DNA of 61,243 nucleotides, the filler included, from Platydemus manokwari (lineage: Eukaryota), in NCBI GenBank assembly GCA_037951405.1. It is 6 parts of 6 records of this genome, joined end to end, with 100 filler letters (N's around TTAATTAATTAA, not from the genome) between each part and the next. Parts side by side here need not be neighbours in the genome. Positions count along the whole stretch, not along the records: positions 22,501 to 34,346 come from JBBMOY010436666.1; positions 34,447 to 43,368 come from JBBMOY011329317.1; 4 more parts are not named here. One strand, 5' to 3'. Both the position numbers and the translations under genes were made by a program. Below the pieces are notes generated by a model that did no database searches, was not told the origin of the DNA, and was given only the letters and a program-made list of their open reading frames with translations. Positions within the stretch are counted from its first letter, which is position 1. Every line of letters starts with the position of its first letter. Shown piece after piece: positions 24,071 to 37,835 of the stretch.

Positions 24071-27000
24071 TAAAAATATTAGAATAAAATTAATAATAAA
24101 ATAATCAATGTTTTTACTTTTGCTTATATTCTTTGATCTTATATCCCTACAGAATCCTGCTTCTTGACTTTTAAACCCTGATAATCATATGCATTATATT
24201 AATTGAGAATTCAGTCAAACAGTATCTTTAGAAGAAATTGTTGTGGTCAAAATTCCTAATAAACCATAAGCCAACAAGTGGTTGCCTGAAAATTTTATTT
24301 TTTAATTCAATCGGTCAATAAGCTGATAGAAATCTTCTGGTTCAGCAAGCATTAGGAAATCAATAAAGAACATTAAGTTTAGAAATTGTTTCATTATTAA
24401 AACTATTGAGTAAATTTATTAGAATGGCTAGATTTATTAGAGTTGTATATGTTGTTTGAAGATGCGTTAATTTAATCGTCTATATTATTTCATGCTTACG
24501 ATTCTCTTGTTGCGTTAAATAAAACAAGGTAAATGACAAATTTATTCAATAATAAAATGAGATAAAAAATCGTACTTAAAACTACTGGAATAAATACAAA
24601 ACTGTAGTTCTCTAAACGTTTTTTTCATTAATATTTATAGTTGTTTTGGGAAAATAAATAGATAGTGATCTGATTAATTAGGTATTTTATTTAATGATAC
24701 TCCTGTAAACTAAAATTGAATAATCAGGAGAATAATTAATATTAGGTTGTATAACTTGTTCAAAGTAGTTCGCTATGGCTTGTTTCTTGATCATCCAAGA
24801 TTTTCTTGTTGTCCCTTGCACTCGGGTTACCGATTCCTCTTCATATTCATTGCAGAGGAAAAATCTCAATTGGTTGAAGAATTAATTAAAATGTTTGTCG
24901 ATTCCCTATGGGATAAAATTCACGTGCTTTAATATGTAGTGAAAAACATTGAACCAGAATGGTTACATGACCTACTTGTATGGTACTTATATCTTAGTTG
25001 TAAGGTTATGTGGTTTTTTTATGCTGCTATAATTAAATTTTATTTAATTTAAATTAGTTTTTTTCTTTTGTTATTTCTTGATTTATTATCTTGTTATATT
25101 ATTTAATTGTATTATATTTTATTTTAATTATTTTTGTTACTGTAAATATATTTTTCAGGGAATTATCACCCAGTACGGATTACTCTAAGAAATTATGAGA
25201 AGATTATCCTTGAAAAAGAATGCTGTCCTCGAAGCTGAATCGAACATTATAAGGCGAAAGAGTGTAGATTAAATGATATCAATCTTAGAGAAGCTGTGGA
25301 CGAAGAAATGTGAAAACTATTTGTCATTAATATGACTAAAGGAAAATTGATAGTTAGATATAACTTGAAAAAGAAACCGCAATCGTTATCTCTATCCCTA
25401 GAAGAAGTCCAAGTGAAAAATCAGACAAACAAGAGAGGTAAACGGAAAAATAGTATGAAGAGAATTTACAGAGTAGTAACGAACAGAAATATGAAAATAA
25501 CAGAAAAAATTCGGACGAAATACTAGTGAAAATTGAGATTTACTTGTAATTAGAAAATTTCTGGATGGTCAATTAATTGGATAATCAAGAGAAAAAGAAA
25601 AAACCAAATATTAAGAGAAGCAGAAAGCACATTCGAATGAGTAGAACTCTAAAAACCAAAAAATGGCATAATAATTAGAGAAAATGGGAACTTATGGGTA
25701 ATCTAACCCATAAATGAATTTTTTGAAGATGAAAAGAAAATAAAACTCAGAGAGAGAAAAGTAAAATTTTGTTGACAGAAAGTTACAGACCATTAAAATG
25801 GAGTGTCATTACATTCCCAGAATCAAAAAGGATAGTAAATTCTATTGTTAATATAAATTCAGAGATCCATGAAGACATGATCCTTGATGACCTCGATTAG
25901 AAAAAGTTTGCTGACTTGGAAAAGTCTGGCATTATTAACCTAGAAGAGCTATGGGATATAGCATAAGATATAATTGAGGAAGAAGAGCCGATCAAAGAGA
26001 ACCAGAATAATGAACCAAAATAGATAGACTAAAATGAATGGTAAAATTTCTGACAGTACGCTCACAATAGTTGGATGAAAAATTCGAAAATAAACAGAAA
26101 AGAAGAAATAGTCAAAATTTCAAAGCTCAGCCCAGAATCTCTTGAATTATATAGAAGAAATCACCTTCTCGAAATGACAACTCAATCGTAAATGTAAACA
26201 TAATATAATAATTGTAATAATTATAATTAATTATCAGTTTTCACATTGAGGTAAAGTTCTTAAAATAATTAATAATATGAATATAGGAAATGAAATAATC
26301 AAATTAACCCCAATGGAAAAGTATCTTGCAAAAATAAAAAATCCAAAAACTAATTACCTATAAAAGGAAATCAATTGAGAATTGAAGGTTAATGAAAAAT
26401 AATAATAATAATTATAATAATAACAACTCATAAAACCATCAGATATAAAATTAACCCACCCAAATAAATCCAAATAGATTTCCATATTGTCAAAATAATC
26501 TGTATACATTAAATTAAATTATAAATAATATTTCTAAAATATATAACACAATTAACAAGTTCTATTAACAGTATTACCCGGTATTATGAATTGATATAAA
26601 TACCCTCCGAAAACTTAGAAAAACGCCCATTTGAAAACACTAGAGAAGATGATCGATCAAGCCAATATTTAAACTACGAAACCATCGAAACTATGGACTT
26701 ATTTTTGAAGATTACGGACTCTCAGCGTCTTAACCATTTGAAATTAAACTTAAATGCCCAGTATCAACTGGAAGAATTGCACAATATTAACCATAGTAAA
26801 TTAAGGTCATTTGTCTATAAAATCATCGCAAATTTATACAACCATCGATTATATTTCATTTTTATGGACCAAAGGTCTTTCTAACAAACTGGTTTTATTC
26901 CAATATACGGTAGGGATTATAAACCATCACTTTCTAGGAATCTTTACGTTTTGGCGTATAAAAGTATTTATACCTATATAAAATTGGCATTATTATTAAT

Positions 27001-27931
27001 TGTTTTATAGGTATTATTTAGTGTGATTTTGTAGCAATAATAAAACAAGCATAGTTTTGATTACCAGCCGTTGTAAGCTTTAGCTTCATCACCTATTTGT
27101 TATAATCATCCCTTTGATATCTTTGTCAACCAGTTCAATATGTACCAGAGGTTATCAGAGCTCACGAGACTGATAAGCCGCAGTATTTGAAATATAATAT
27201 CGAATAATTTGAATATTATAAAATCGATTGGACTCCAAACGTTTTAACTGGTTACCAGAGTGAGAATTAAAATTTGTTAAAAAATTGATAAAATAAGTAA
27301 ATACTGAGGTAGGAATAAAAAAGCGGTAAAATGGAAAAAGCTGGAATATATAGATGAAATTCTGCAAAAGAAAAACTGATTTGCATCTTGGAACAATCAT
27401 TTCTGACACTTTAAACATTTGCATGCCTCCACAACCATACAGGCATAGCAACTAACCAATCACAATGAAGTTAGATAGTAAACGACAATTGAAAAAATGG
27501 ACATAGCCACACAACAACAGAATCGAAAGATAAATTGATAGATTTAATATTGTATCAGTTAGATAAAAATGAGTTTTGTTTTAATATTGAAAGAAGCGCG
27601 TGTGATTTTTAAATAAATACATTTTAATGGAAGCAACTGATGTTTTTACTACTACTTAACTCAAGCTTTTAATTACCTATTTATATGTCATTAAACCAAT
27701 TTGAACTCGAAAATTACAGTAAGAAATGATTAAGTATAATAAATAACATCATTTTAAAATTATTAGAAAATTGTTTTGTTATAAATCATCAATTGATTTG
27801 CTTATAACGTTAACTGCTTACTAAAGGAATTTAAATGTCTTAATTTAATTATAATAGCTAGTATATACTTCAATATTTTAGTACGAATGTATTTGTAAAA
27901 AGTTTTTGTACAGAATTAACCTCAAAATCTG

Positions 27932-28342
27932 ATGACTGATATAAGTGAAAAGAGTGGTTCTGTGAACAGTTGTTTTGTCAAACCAGATTTAGTAATTAAA
28001 TCTCTTTATTCAGGCGATAAAGTCAGTATTGAGACGCGTATAAGCAATCATAAATATCATCATAATGATGGTGATGGACCACAGATTTCATACCCGTATT
28101 GTGATATAAACCAAATTTCCCAACATGAATTTAATATTGAAGACCAAAAAGTCCATTCTCGAAAATTGGATTCCGAAAAGAAATCGATAAACGATTTCAA
28201 TGAATCATCAACGCCTGGAAACAAAATATCTAATTTTAATAAATTCGATAATGAAACCGACGACAAAATATTTTTCAATGGCCAATTTTCCAATAAAACA
28301 TTTTCTCTGTCACCCTTAAATAATTTGGCAATCATGGATATT
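27932..28342 (+). CDS. Orphan Ser/Asn/Asp-rich ORF running into an assembly gap; product unknown
   Basis: 137 stop-free codons in very AT-rich DNA. The ATG is preceded by an in-frame TAA and a tttttgtacag acceptor at 27903-27913. No recognisable domain. Confidence 0.55.
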
Positions 28343-28671
28343 NNNNNNNNNNNNNNNNNNNNNNNNNNNNNNNNNNNNNNNNNNNNNNNNNNNNNNNNNN
28401 NNNNNNNNNNNNNNNNNNNNNNNNNNNNNNNNNNNNNNNNNNNNNNNNNNNNNNNNNNNNNNNNNNNNNNNNNNNNNNNNNNNNNNNNNNNNNNNNNNNN
28501 NNNNNNNNNNNNNNNNNNNNNNNNNNNNNNNNNNNNNNNNNNNNNNNNNNNNNNNNNNNNNNNNNNNNNNNNNNNNNNNNNNNNNNNNNNNNNNNNNNNN
28601 NNNNNNNNNNNNNNNNNNNNNNNNNNNNNNNNNNNNNNNNNNNNNNNNNNNNNNNNNNNNNNNNNNNNNNN
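28343..28671. other. Sized assembly gap without linker
   Basis: Continuous N run. Confidence 0.97.
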
Positions 28672-30959
28672 TTTATTTAAATTCAACAACGATTGTTGTT
28701 CATAATTTTCACATCGATTGTTGTCAATACCATAAAGATAAATATAAGCCACTTTAACATATAAAATTTCATGTCACGAATACCTGTGTAACAACAGCCC
28801 ATATAGTGTTGGTTAACATTAATAACGATTTATATTTCATTTCCTATATTAAATTTTACTATGTAGGTTGTGTATTCTTTTCTTTTTTAATTATTTTTAT
28901 TTTGAATTTCGGTTGCGGTTCGTCTGATATGAATATGTTGATAATAATGATAGAATATTATAGTGAATAAACAGTAGACTAAATAAAGCAAATATATATT
29001 TTATTTATATTTTTAAACCGAATTTAATCAAGATAATAAATACAATAAACCCAGTTATAGTTTTGAGTTGTTGTTTATTTGAATTTATTCGCTCTATCTA
29101 ATGGATAGCAGAAGGTCGACATAGCAAGATTGATTGTTCCATTGGCAACAATTATAAAAAGAAATGGAAATAAAATTAAGGTTTTAGATTAAATAAATAA
29201 AGTTCGAACGTGTATAGCCCGAGACAAAACTTTACTTGAGAGTTGTTCAAACACTGTATGGGATCTGAAATAAAATGCAGATATTCGATTTCAAATGAGA
29301 TTTCTTTCGATGAAAATTGTTTCTGACTCTTGAATATAGTGTTAACGTTTGAATGTAGTTTCCAGCTGGAAAAGTGTTCTTCTAATAGTCGAAATTAATA
29401 TGGAAGATTTATTTTATTTTATTTGCCTTTCTCTGCTAAATTATCGCGCTTATGTTCTGTTTTTAAGACTATTTTTACATTATAGACATTTTAACTACTG
29501 TTTTTATCAATTCTTATTTTTGAAAAACATCATTGTGAGGTTTATAATTTAAACAAGATGAAGATTAATAATTAAAAAGTATTTTTTATTCATTATATTA
29601 AAAATATTTAATATTTGTATTTATTTTGCTCAAACTGTTACTGTAACCTCTGAAAAAAATATGTTAAAAAATCATTAGCGTTAGCAACTAACAATCATAA
29701 TTTTATTTTTTTCATTTTTGGTAATTTAAAACATTCATTTTTATATTAATTCTAAATTTCGCATTTTTTTATTCCTAATTTATTTTGTACGCGAATTTTT
29801 GATTTGTTGTTAATTAGTTTTAATTATTTTATTATGAAAATTGTTTTAATTTGTTTATTAATTTACTGCTCGCATCCAGTACTGTGATCCTTAACACATA
29901 CTAAATTGTATGAATCCTCTTAGTCATAATAATTGGAATCGAAAGCAATTTTAAAATGATCTGACAGTTGTCAACGAATATGTCAAATATATGTAGCTAT
30001 AATGATATAACATATTATTAAGTTGTTGATATTATTAAGTAGTTTATTTTAATTATATTTTGCTCTCAGTCTATATCTTTATCGGTATCAAACATTTTAT
30101 TGACCAGTTACCATTTCTGCCTTAATTATTTATGTTTTACAATTATATCTGAAAAATTAAACAATATACCTAGTGATAATGAAATTAATTTTGCCTTTCA
30201 TTTTTTCGAATTGGGATACAGCATGATTTTTATTAACTTTTTGGTAATTGTTATAAATACAATTTGAATTTTTGTGGAGAAACAGTCCCATATGTTTCTT
30301 GTCTTGATTGTCATCGATTTACACTCAATCTCATTTTCCCATTAATTATTTCTATTTAACAACAATGCCTTCTGTCCTGTTACTTTCTAGGGTTTAGAAA
30401 ATGATCAATCAACTCCAACTAACAGCAGCATTTTTAAGGGTAGACCATAAATAATTTTTGTAATTTATGTTGATAACATTAATTAGTAACGTATTATATC
30501 CAGATTGCGTTTATTATGTACATATATATATGTATAATAAGAAATAACTCATTTATAATACTAAAAATCTTTAAAAAAACAGAGGTATGTGTGGGGAAAA
30601 GCCTGTAGTCAGAAATCCCAAATTAGAATTTATAAAAATAGTCGCAGCAATACTAATTGAAATTATTCTAATTATAAATCAAAAATTATTTCAATGGTAG
30701 ATCAAAAATTATTCTACCATCGGCCATATCTATTTTAATTTGTTAAGAACTTGCTTGTAATTATTTTTACTGTATTTCGATAAAAAGATGCAAAGTTTCG
30801 ATTGATAATTTTGATAGTAATCATGGATTCATCTCATTATTTTTATCAGAGTTATTTCTCTTGATTACCTTGATTTATAATTTTATTGAAACTTACATTG
30901 CTTCGATAGTTAAGGTTCAAATTTAATAAATCTACTGGGTGTATCAAACACTTTCCAAT

Positions 30960-31850
30960 TCTTAAATTTGTCGTCTCAAACGTACGGCGGAGTTCTGTGA
31001 ATTGTATTGAAATTTAACAAATTTCAATTGGTTGTAGCAGTAGTCTTCATCTAGCTTTTTTATTACTGTCTTAATCTTCAGTAATTCAACAATATCCTTA
31101 TTTTTAGCTCTTTCTCCAATTCGACATCCTCTGAGCAATGGACTGCCAAGAATACCACTAGATCTTCTTTCGTTGTTTTATGTGTCATAATGTCATCCGC
31201 TATCTGCTCAATTCTATCGAAGAAAACTTCAGCGGATTCCGATTCTCTTCTATATTGAAGGCTCTTAGCCAATCCTGAGCCAGTGATTTCTTTTTTCCAA
31301 AGGCATTTCGCAATCTTTGGTCATACTCCTTTATTTCCTCTGGAACTGCCTCGTATTGAGCAATCACGTTCTGATCTAACAAGGCAATTACAACCAAATT
31401 TCTCATTGATTTGGTTGTTTTACAGATATCAAAATAACGATTACAGATTTTAATAAACTGTTTGATATCGTCGCCTCGTCTGACTTCTCGGGCACAAGTC
31501 TACTCAAGATCGCATCCATGTGCGTGGTCGCCATGTTAGTAGCGGCTAATTCGCTTGTAATTGATGTTTCATTTTCTTAAGATTTATTTACTTACAACAC
31601 TTAAAAAATTTTTTAAACAAATTATAATTCCGGAAAGTTTCAATATGGATCTTAATCAGGTATATATATAACAATATGAAAATAACTTTAAATTATCTTA
31701 TTTTATATAATAAATTTTAAAACACTATTTTAAAATTATTTATTATCTTCTTTATTATTTAAAATAGTGATTTTAAAATTACTTAAAAATTATTTTAAAT
31801 TATTTTGAAATTTTAAAATTATTATCATTTAATTAAAATTAAAGCTCACA
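30960..31850 (-). mobile_element. Ty3/Gypsy gag remnant, same family as 43521-44862
   Basis: atggcgaccacgcacatggatgcgatc matches atggcgaccccgcacttgaatgcgatc. Frameshifted ORFs ALLDQNVIAQYEA..., ESAEVFFDRIEQIADDIM, AVHCSEDVELEKE parallel the other copy. The AT-rich leader begins TGTGAGC. Confidence 0.8.
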
Positions 31851-33604
31851 AATAATATTCAGAATTATCATTTACACTAAAACAAAAATAATAGTGTTTG
31901 CTGTATTCTTAACTACGACCAAGTCAAAATTGATGCTCTCTCCTGAGCAAGACTGGAAGAATGACAAAAGTGATTTTCTAATTTTCGCCAGGATATTAGT
32001 TGCTAGGACAACATTGTTTTACAGCTCTACTCATAAAATAAAGAAATGGTTATAAATGACCAAAGATTTTGCAATTTCAAATCCGTCGGAATTATTAATC
32101 GTGCCTGATATGTTATTATAAGGAGATAATTAGGAACTGTGGCAACAGCACGAAGGAAGCTACTGAAAATTTTTTCAAATGTGGTCATCATGAAATTGAA
32201 AAAGATTACTCCAGCTAGAGAGCACAAAATGAAAGCAGTAAGAAAAATAAAAGAATCAAACAGAATAGTATCAGAGATATCATATAGAAAATATGAAAAG
32301 CGTGATAAACTTAAGTCAAACAGACAGAGAGGAATACTATGATAATTTTTTGCAGATATAATATAAGGCAGACGGTAGATAATGAAAATTGTTGGAGTGC
32401 AAAGGAGGAAAGATATAAACGTTATGAAATTCCGAGGTAATCAATAACAGTAATGAGTAAAGGTAGATTATAAAGTATTGACAAGCCTTTTATAAACCGG
32501 AATTTTTCAGATAAGCTCGATTCTTAATTTAGAAAGATTTCAACATTATGGAATAAAAACTTTTTATTAACGATATACTCTGGATAAAAGAAATTTTACT
32601 AATATTTATTTATGTAATCGAAATGATGAAGAAATGCGGAATAAATTTAGTAGAAATGTAAACGCTCAATGTAATGGACATAAACAAGGAGCGCAGGGAC
32701 GATGATTGAGTATAAATAATAAAGAAGAATATCGCTGTTGATTATGACATTCCGTTGTGAAAGTATATTCTACCTAAGAATAACAAACTTCATCAAGCAC
32801 GAGATCCGAACGAAAAGGAAACCATGTTACACAAAATCTTAGACATCGGCGTAAAAATTCTATTAAGCAATCAGAATTTTTATTAAAATTCAGTTTAATA
32901 CATATTCCATTACAAAAGTTCTATCTCAAATCCAATTCGTCTAGGACCTAACTAAACAATAAAATCTTAAACCGAAAGAAAAAATATTATAGTTGTAGTT
33001 ACGGTGTCATTCGACCTAACCACCGATAAAATCTATTGAAAGCCCATGTGAGCAAAACCATAAAAGACTATTAAAATCAATAAAGTTCTATCAAGGCAGA
33101 ACACCACAATAAATTAATAACTAAATCAGAATCAAAACCTGATAATTTACCTAAATTATCGATTATTATAATTAATTAAATTTGAGTTCAATTCTAATTT
33201 TGCCATTATTATTTAATGAATTGTATTGATTGTAATCAATAATTGCATTTTGTCAGATTTATAATATAACCACATATCTAGTTCATAAAATACATACATT
33301 TTAGAGTCAGATGTACTAAATATTGTCCATAAAAATTAAATTAGAGCTCAATTTATCTATTAAAAGGCTTTCGACACTCACTTATCATATCATTTTCAAT
33401 CTGTTTTGATTCAAGTTATATTAAACCGAGAAGCTTAGAAAATCCAACAATATGTGTTGCCTTTTGGTCGGTGTACAGCTCCAGCAGCTTTTCAGAGGAA
33501 GGTGAATAAAATATTTTAGAATTGAATTTGAAGAGGCGTTCGTGTTGAAGAAAATCATAAAAGATTCAATTAATCTTTCAAACCCATTAAATCTTAAAGC
33601 TGAA

Positions 33605-33647
33605 AATTAATCAATTAATTAATTAATTAATTAATTAATTAATTAAT
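33605..33647. repeat. (TAAT)n tetranucleotide microsatellite
   Basis: aattaatcaattaattaattaattaattaattaattaattaat; not flanked by N. Confidence 0.85.
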
Positions 33648-33649
33648 GG

Positions 33650-34276
33650 TTTGGTTGAAACAATTATTAGAAAAATAAGAGACATGCTCGTGATATCATT
33701 AACATAATAGAACAGCCTAAGGATAAGCTTAACCCAGAACAGAATTCATCATCAATGCAACGATTAGGACCTTTTCTAACCAAAATGCTTTGACATTTTG
33801 TTTGGAATTTACATGAAAATGCTGCGTTTAAATAAACCAAGTTATCATGAACAGATTACCAACGAAACGAAAAGGTAAATGAAATCAGTGGCCAAAAACC
33901 TACGAAGATTCTATATGAAGAGAAGATGGAGTTGAATTTATTACTGTTCAAGGGAGAAAAATTGAAAAAGGGAGAAAAAACCGAAAGAAAAACCACACGA
34001 CATAAAGAAGAACGGAAATCGTTACGAAGGTTCTCTAAACATTTTGAAATTATTATCCCCGCATCAAGTGCTTCATGATTGCCAGGGACATTCCAACCCT
34101 GAAGAATTGAGTGGTTGAGGAAAGCTTAAAAATCAAGGGAAAAGGGAGATTAGATAATACCGAACATATTGTTTAATAATTAGCTTTTCAACTATGACAT
34201 CATATTATCTTATTACTGTGGTTATGATTACAATAATAATTTTATAATAATTAACTATTATTGCTATTATTTTACA

Positions 34277-34346
<70 letters not shown>
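33650..34346 (+). mobile_element. Ty3/Gypsy integrase tail + PPT + LTR start ending in (ATT)n
   Basis: FIINAT...LFG remnant parallels 39180-39250 (-). PPT aagggaaaagggaga is followed by ttagataa at 34150. (ATT)n at about 34278-34346 runs into the gap. Confidence 0.7.
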
Positions 34347-34446
34347 NNNNNNNNNNNNNNNNNNNNNNNNNNNNNNNNNNNNNNNNNNNNTTAATTAATT
34401 AANNNNNNNNNNNNNNNNNNNNNNNNNNNNNNNNNNNNNNNNNNNN
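34347..34446. other. Assembly gap with synthetic linker
   Basis: 44 N + ttaattaattaa + 44 N. Confidence 0.97.
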
Positions 34447-34479
34447 TTACCATTTTTAAATGGAAATTTGGTTTTGAAA

Positions 34480-34985
34480 GGTTGAAATGACTTATACCAC
34501 TTTCATAATCAAAGGCTCATATATAGTAGAAATCACCAGGTTTCGAATCGAAAAATCAATCCAAGCACACAGTAAATTCTACACCAATATTGAACTACAA
34601 AATAGATCAAAATAAGAGGAAACTCATGGGTGTCTACGCGACAATACGACTAATGTGTCAATACTTCCGAGATATGCTGTTTGAATAGCTTCCTTGGTCT
34701 TATTGGTGATATTGGAGCGGTGGATGTCGTACATCAAATGAACTCCATGCTGCAGATTAGATTTTTTCTCCCAGATAGCGGTGTTTAGTTTTTTCATCTG
34801 TTGAACTTAGAGTTCCGTGTTCATCGTTTGAATCCGTTTAAGCATTTTTTAATGAATGAAGATCTTGTTACTCGACTTATATGAATTTTTCGTCGGTAAC
34901 GAATCGGTACAGAAATCTTTATTTGTGTCCATTAGGTGAGCAGTGACGAGCCACCAAACTAGTGAAAATTGTGGCTCGATTTTTA
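34480..34985 (-). mobile_element. mariner (DD34D) transposase remnant
   Basis: NRATIFTSLVARHCSPNGHK*RFLYRFVTDEK...TMNTEL*VQQMKKLNTAIWEKKSNLQHGVHLMYD...TKEAIQT...DSKPGDFY: the TGDEKW, HDNA and C-terminal mariner motifs, with deletions and stops. Confidence 0.85.
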
Positions 34986-36299
34986 ACATTAAACGAAATT
35001 TATTATTTCTTTAAATTCCTTTCACTCTAATGCACTGACTAATTTATTTATTTGAGTTACAATTAAATTTGAATTTATTCTAGTCTTCGCAATACAATTT
35101 AGTAATTGAAGATTTAAAAATATAATCCTATTACATTGCGATTTTTTGATTAAAAATACAATCTTATTATTGTTGTGTTCATGTCTTACTAGTTTTTATT
35201 AATATTCTATTGAAAGATTTTCGATCTAGGATAACCGTTGTCTTAATCAATCTTAGTGAGTTTCTGGATAAGGCCTTGGGTACAATGTTACCTTATAAGA
35301 GTTAATTTTTCTACTTGTGCTTCAATGTCGAATGAAGACGATAAGAGCAGAAACGATATCCTATAACTTAATATCAGCCTCAATATGAAAACTTAACTTT
35401 AACACCACGCAATTCAAAACCTATACCTTAATGTTATTGACAGTCTCAGTTAACTTTAATCAATGAAAAATAAACAATTGATAAATAATACGTTTATTGT
35501 AAGCAAATTACCAATAAAACTTGGATTTCTTGGCAAATGATCTGGTAATCGATGATCATATGCGAATTGGCGTTTATCTCCATGTATAGTTGATCACGTA
35601 TACATAAGAGACTTGAGCTTTCGAATCGACGGATTTTAGGGGTTCCAAAATTATGAGCTTTGACTATTATTATTAGACATTCTTTAAATTTATAGATTTT
35701 AATAATTATATTTTTAACTATTCGACTTTAATTCTCGCCTCAGGATAAAAATATAAAAAAAATAAATATGAATTATTAACCACTAAAAATTGTTACAGTT
35801 ACATAAAATTATTGCTACATTTTCGACAGGATTTATTGATACATTATACAACTATAAGTACAAAACATAACATCAATGTAGCTAAATATTCATGCACGTA
35901 AGTGATAAAACAAAAAAATAATGTCACTGTCCACGACAGAAATGTTTCAATCCGAGAATTTTACAATTTCAAAATTTTAGAATTAGGAATCCCCAATTTT
36001 ATGGTCAAATTATAGTCGGCATAAATATATTTTTATTTTTTCCTATATCTTTTTATCTTCATCCTATACTTGATTTTCATACAGAAACCACTTACTAATG
36101 AGCATTTCAGACATTGGATTTTATATTTCCATCAAAAACAATGTTTGTGCACCATCAAAACTAAATGTTTTCTGTTCAACAATTTGTTTTAATTCTTCAT
36201 ATTCAACAGTTATTTTATTAATATATAAATTTCATAATAAAACAATCATTTATTTTAAAAATTTTAATTTCTGATAAAAATCAAAGGTTGCAAACTTAA

Positions 36300-36800
36300 T
36301 TTCTATTGCACTATCTTTTGCTAACCAGCACGATTGTAAAACACAAACAATATCTCAAAAACGTAACCAAAACTTGGCTTCCCACTTTATATCTTTATAT
36401 GTATTTATGCCCGAGATCTCTGTGCAGTTTTTGTATCACATTTATTTCAAATTTTGATTTCTCATGTTTCTGTTGGTTTTATTGATTTTTTGTATGAGAT
36501 ATTGATCAATCCTTATGTGTGTCCTCGTTGTGTGGCAATGTTCCTTTTTCAAATTATTGCTTTCAATCTAAGCCAACTATTATTAGTTGATTGCCTTACC
36601 TGTAAGATTGTGTAGATATGTTAAGGTTCCAATGTGAAAATCCGTTTTTCTTTTGCAAAATTTCGTCCCACTCAACAGGTTATTGTAATAAAGCATATTG
36701 CCTATCAGTTTGTGTACTTTTCTAAGGTCTAATTCCGGGGTTTTGGTCGTAATTTGAAGTTTTTTACAAACTCAATATGTAAAACTATATTTCACATAAA
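36300..36800 (-). mobile_element. Decayed Gypsy pol fragments
   Basis: LRKVHKLIGNMLYY (RT thumb-like), then LHRDLGH...C (integrase zinc-finger-like). Heavily degraded. Confidence 0.35.
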
Positions 36801-36829
36801 TTCATTGAACTATTGAGTACGTCACAAAA

Positions 36830-37330
36830 CCCTTAAAAGGGTCAATACACACAAACCCGATAAACAAACGTGCCGTTAAGCAATCAAATTCGTTCTAAGT
36901 TAATCCTTATTTAGAAGCTAAGAATCGACAGGCACATGCCTACAAAAGGCAGCAAGCTCAAATATTCGCCAATGACATAAGAAAGATAAGGAAAATCTCA
37001 AATAAATCAATCCACAAACAATTTTATCGAATCGAAAACGAAGGTCCGAGACATCAAGCAGGCACACCTAATGGGCCTATAAGAGAGGCTGAATTTCATG
37101 GATTTTTCCAGTCTTTTTGGTCTGTAACTTTCATGCTTAGCTTATGTGTGATTTCAGTAATCAGTCTTTTTGATTACTTCCTATTCTGTGTTTGACTTTC
37201 GGGCGCTGATCCCATCTTGAGTGATTTTCTTTGCCAATTGAGTAAAGAATTGTTATTGTTGTATTGAGATTTCGAATGCATTATTTTGGTTAATATAGTT
37301 TTGTAGATTCAAATTGTTGTTTAATAACGC
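36830..37330 (-). mobile_element. Penelope-like element 3' remnant, copy 3
   Basis: Aligns with 12570-13030 and 4290-4500. Confidence 0.55.
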
Positions 37331-37835
37331 AACAGAACTATAAATACAAAAATAAATACTTATTAATTTGTGGATGTGTTCATTAAGGGATTTATGGCGT
37401 AAAGAATTGCAGGAAATATATAGGATAAAAATATATCCAATTCTAAACATTTTGAGGTAGTTGAGAATGTGAAACATATAACTTACGTTAAGTACTAATA
37501 AGACAACTACTACCGATAAGGTGTAATTCATTTTCATTTGCGATAAATTTTTAATACATTGTTAATAAACTATTAATTGAGTAAACAAAAATTGAGTGCA
37601 CTTAAAGTAAATTAATAATATTGATAAAAATTAAATACAATTAGCTAATGAAAAGAAAATTTTAAATTCGTTCCGTGAGCGATTTGTGATAATTTTGAAA
37701 TTTATTTGTGTTCTTAATTTAAATTGTTTTGTTTTAAATCATTAAAATTATCAACGAACTCTTAGATAATTCAAGTTTTGCGTTATTATATGTTGTCCTT
37801 TCATTTTATTTGAGTTAAATTAATCCAAAAATATA

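Noticed and set aside
24687-24869. SPDYSILVY resembling the Tc1/mariner SPDLNPLDY motif
   Set aside because: A single weak motif is not enough for a call.
25200-26190. A-rich, Lys/Glu-rich short ORFs
   Set aside because: Probably decayed gag/pol, but no diagnostic motif survives.
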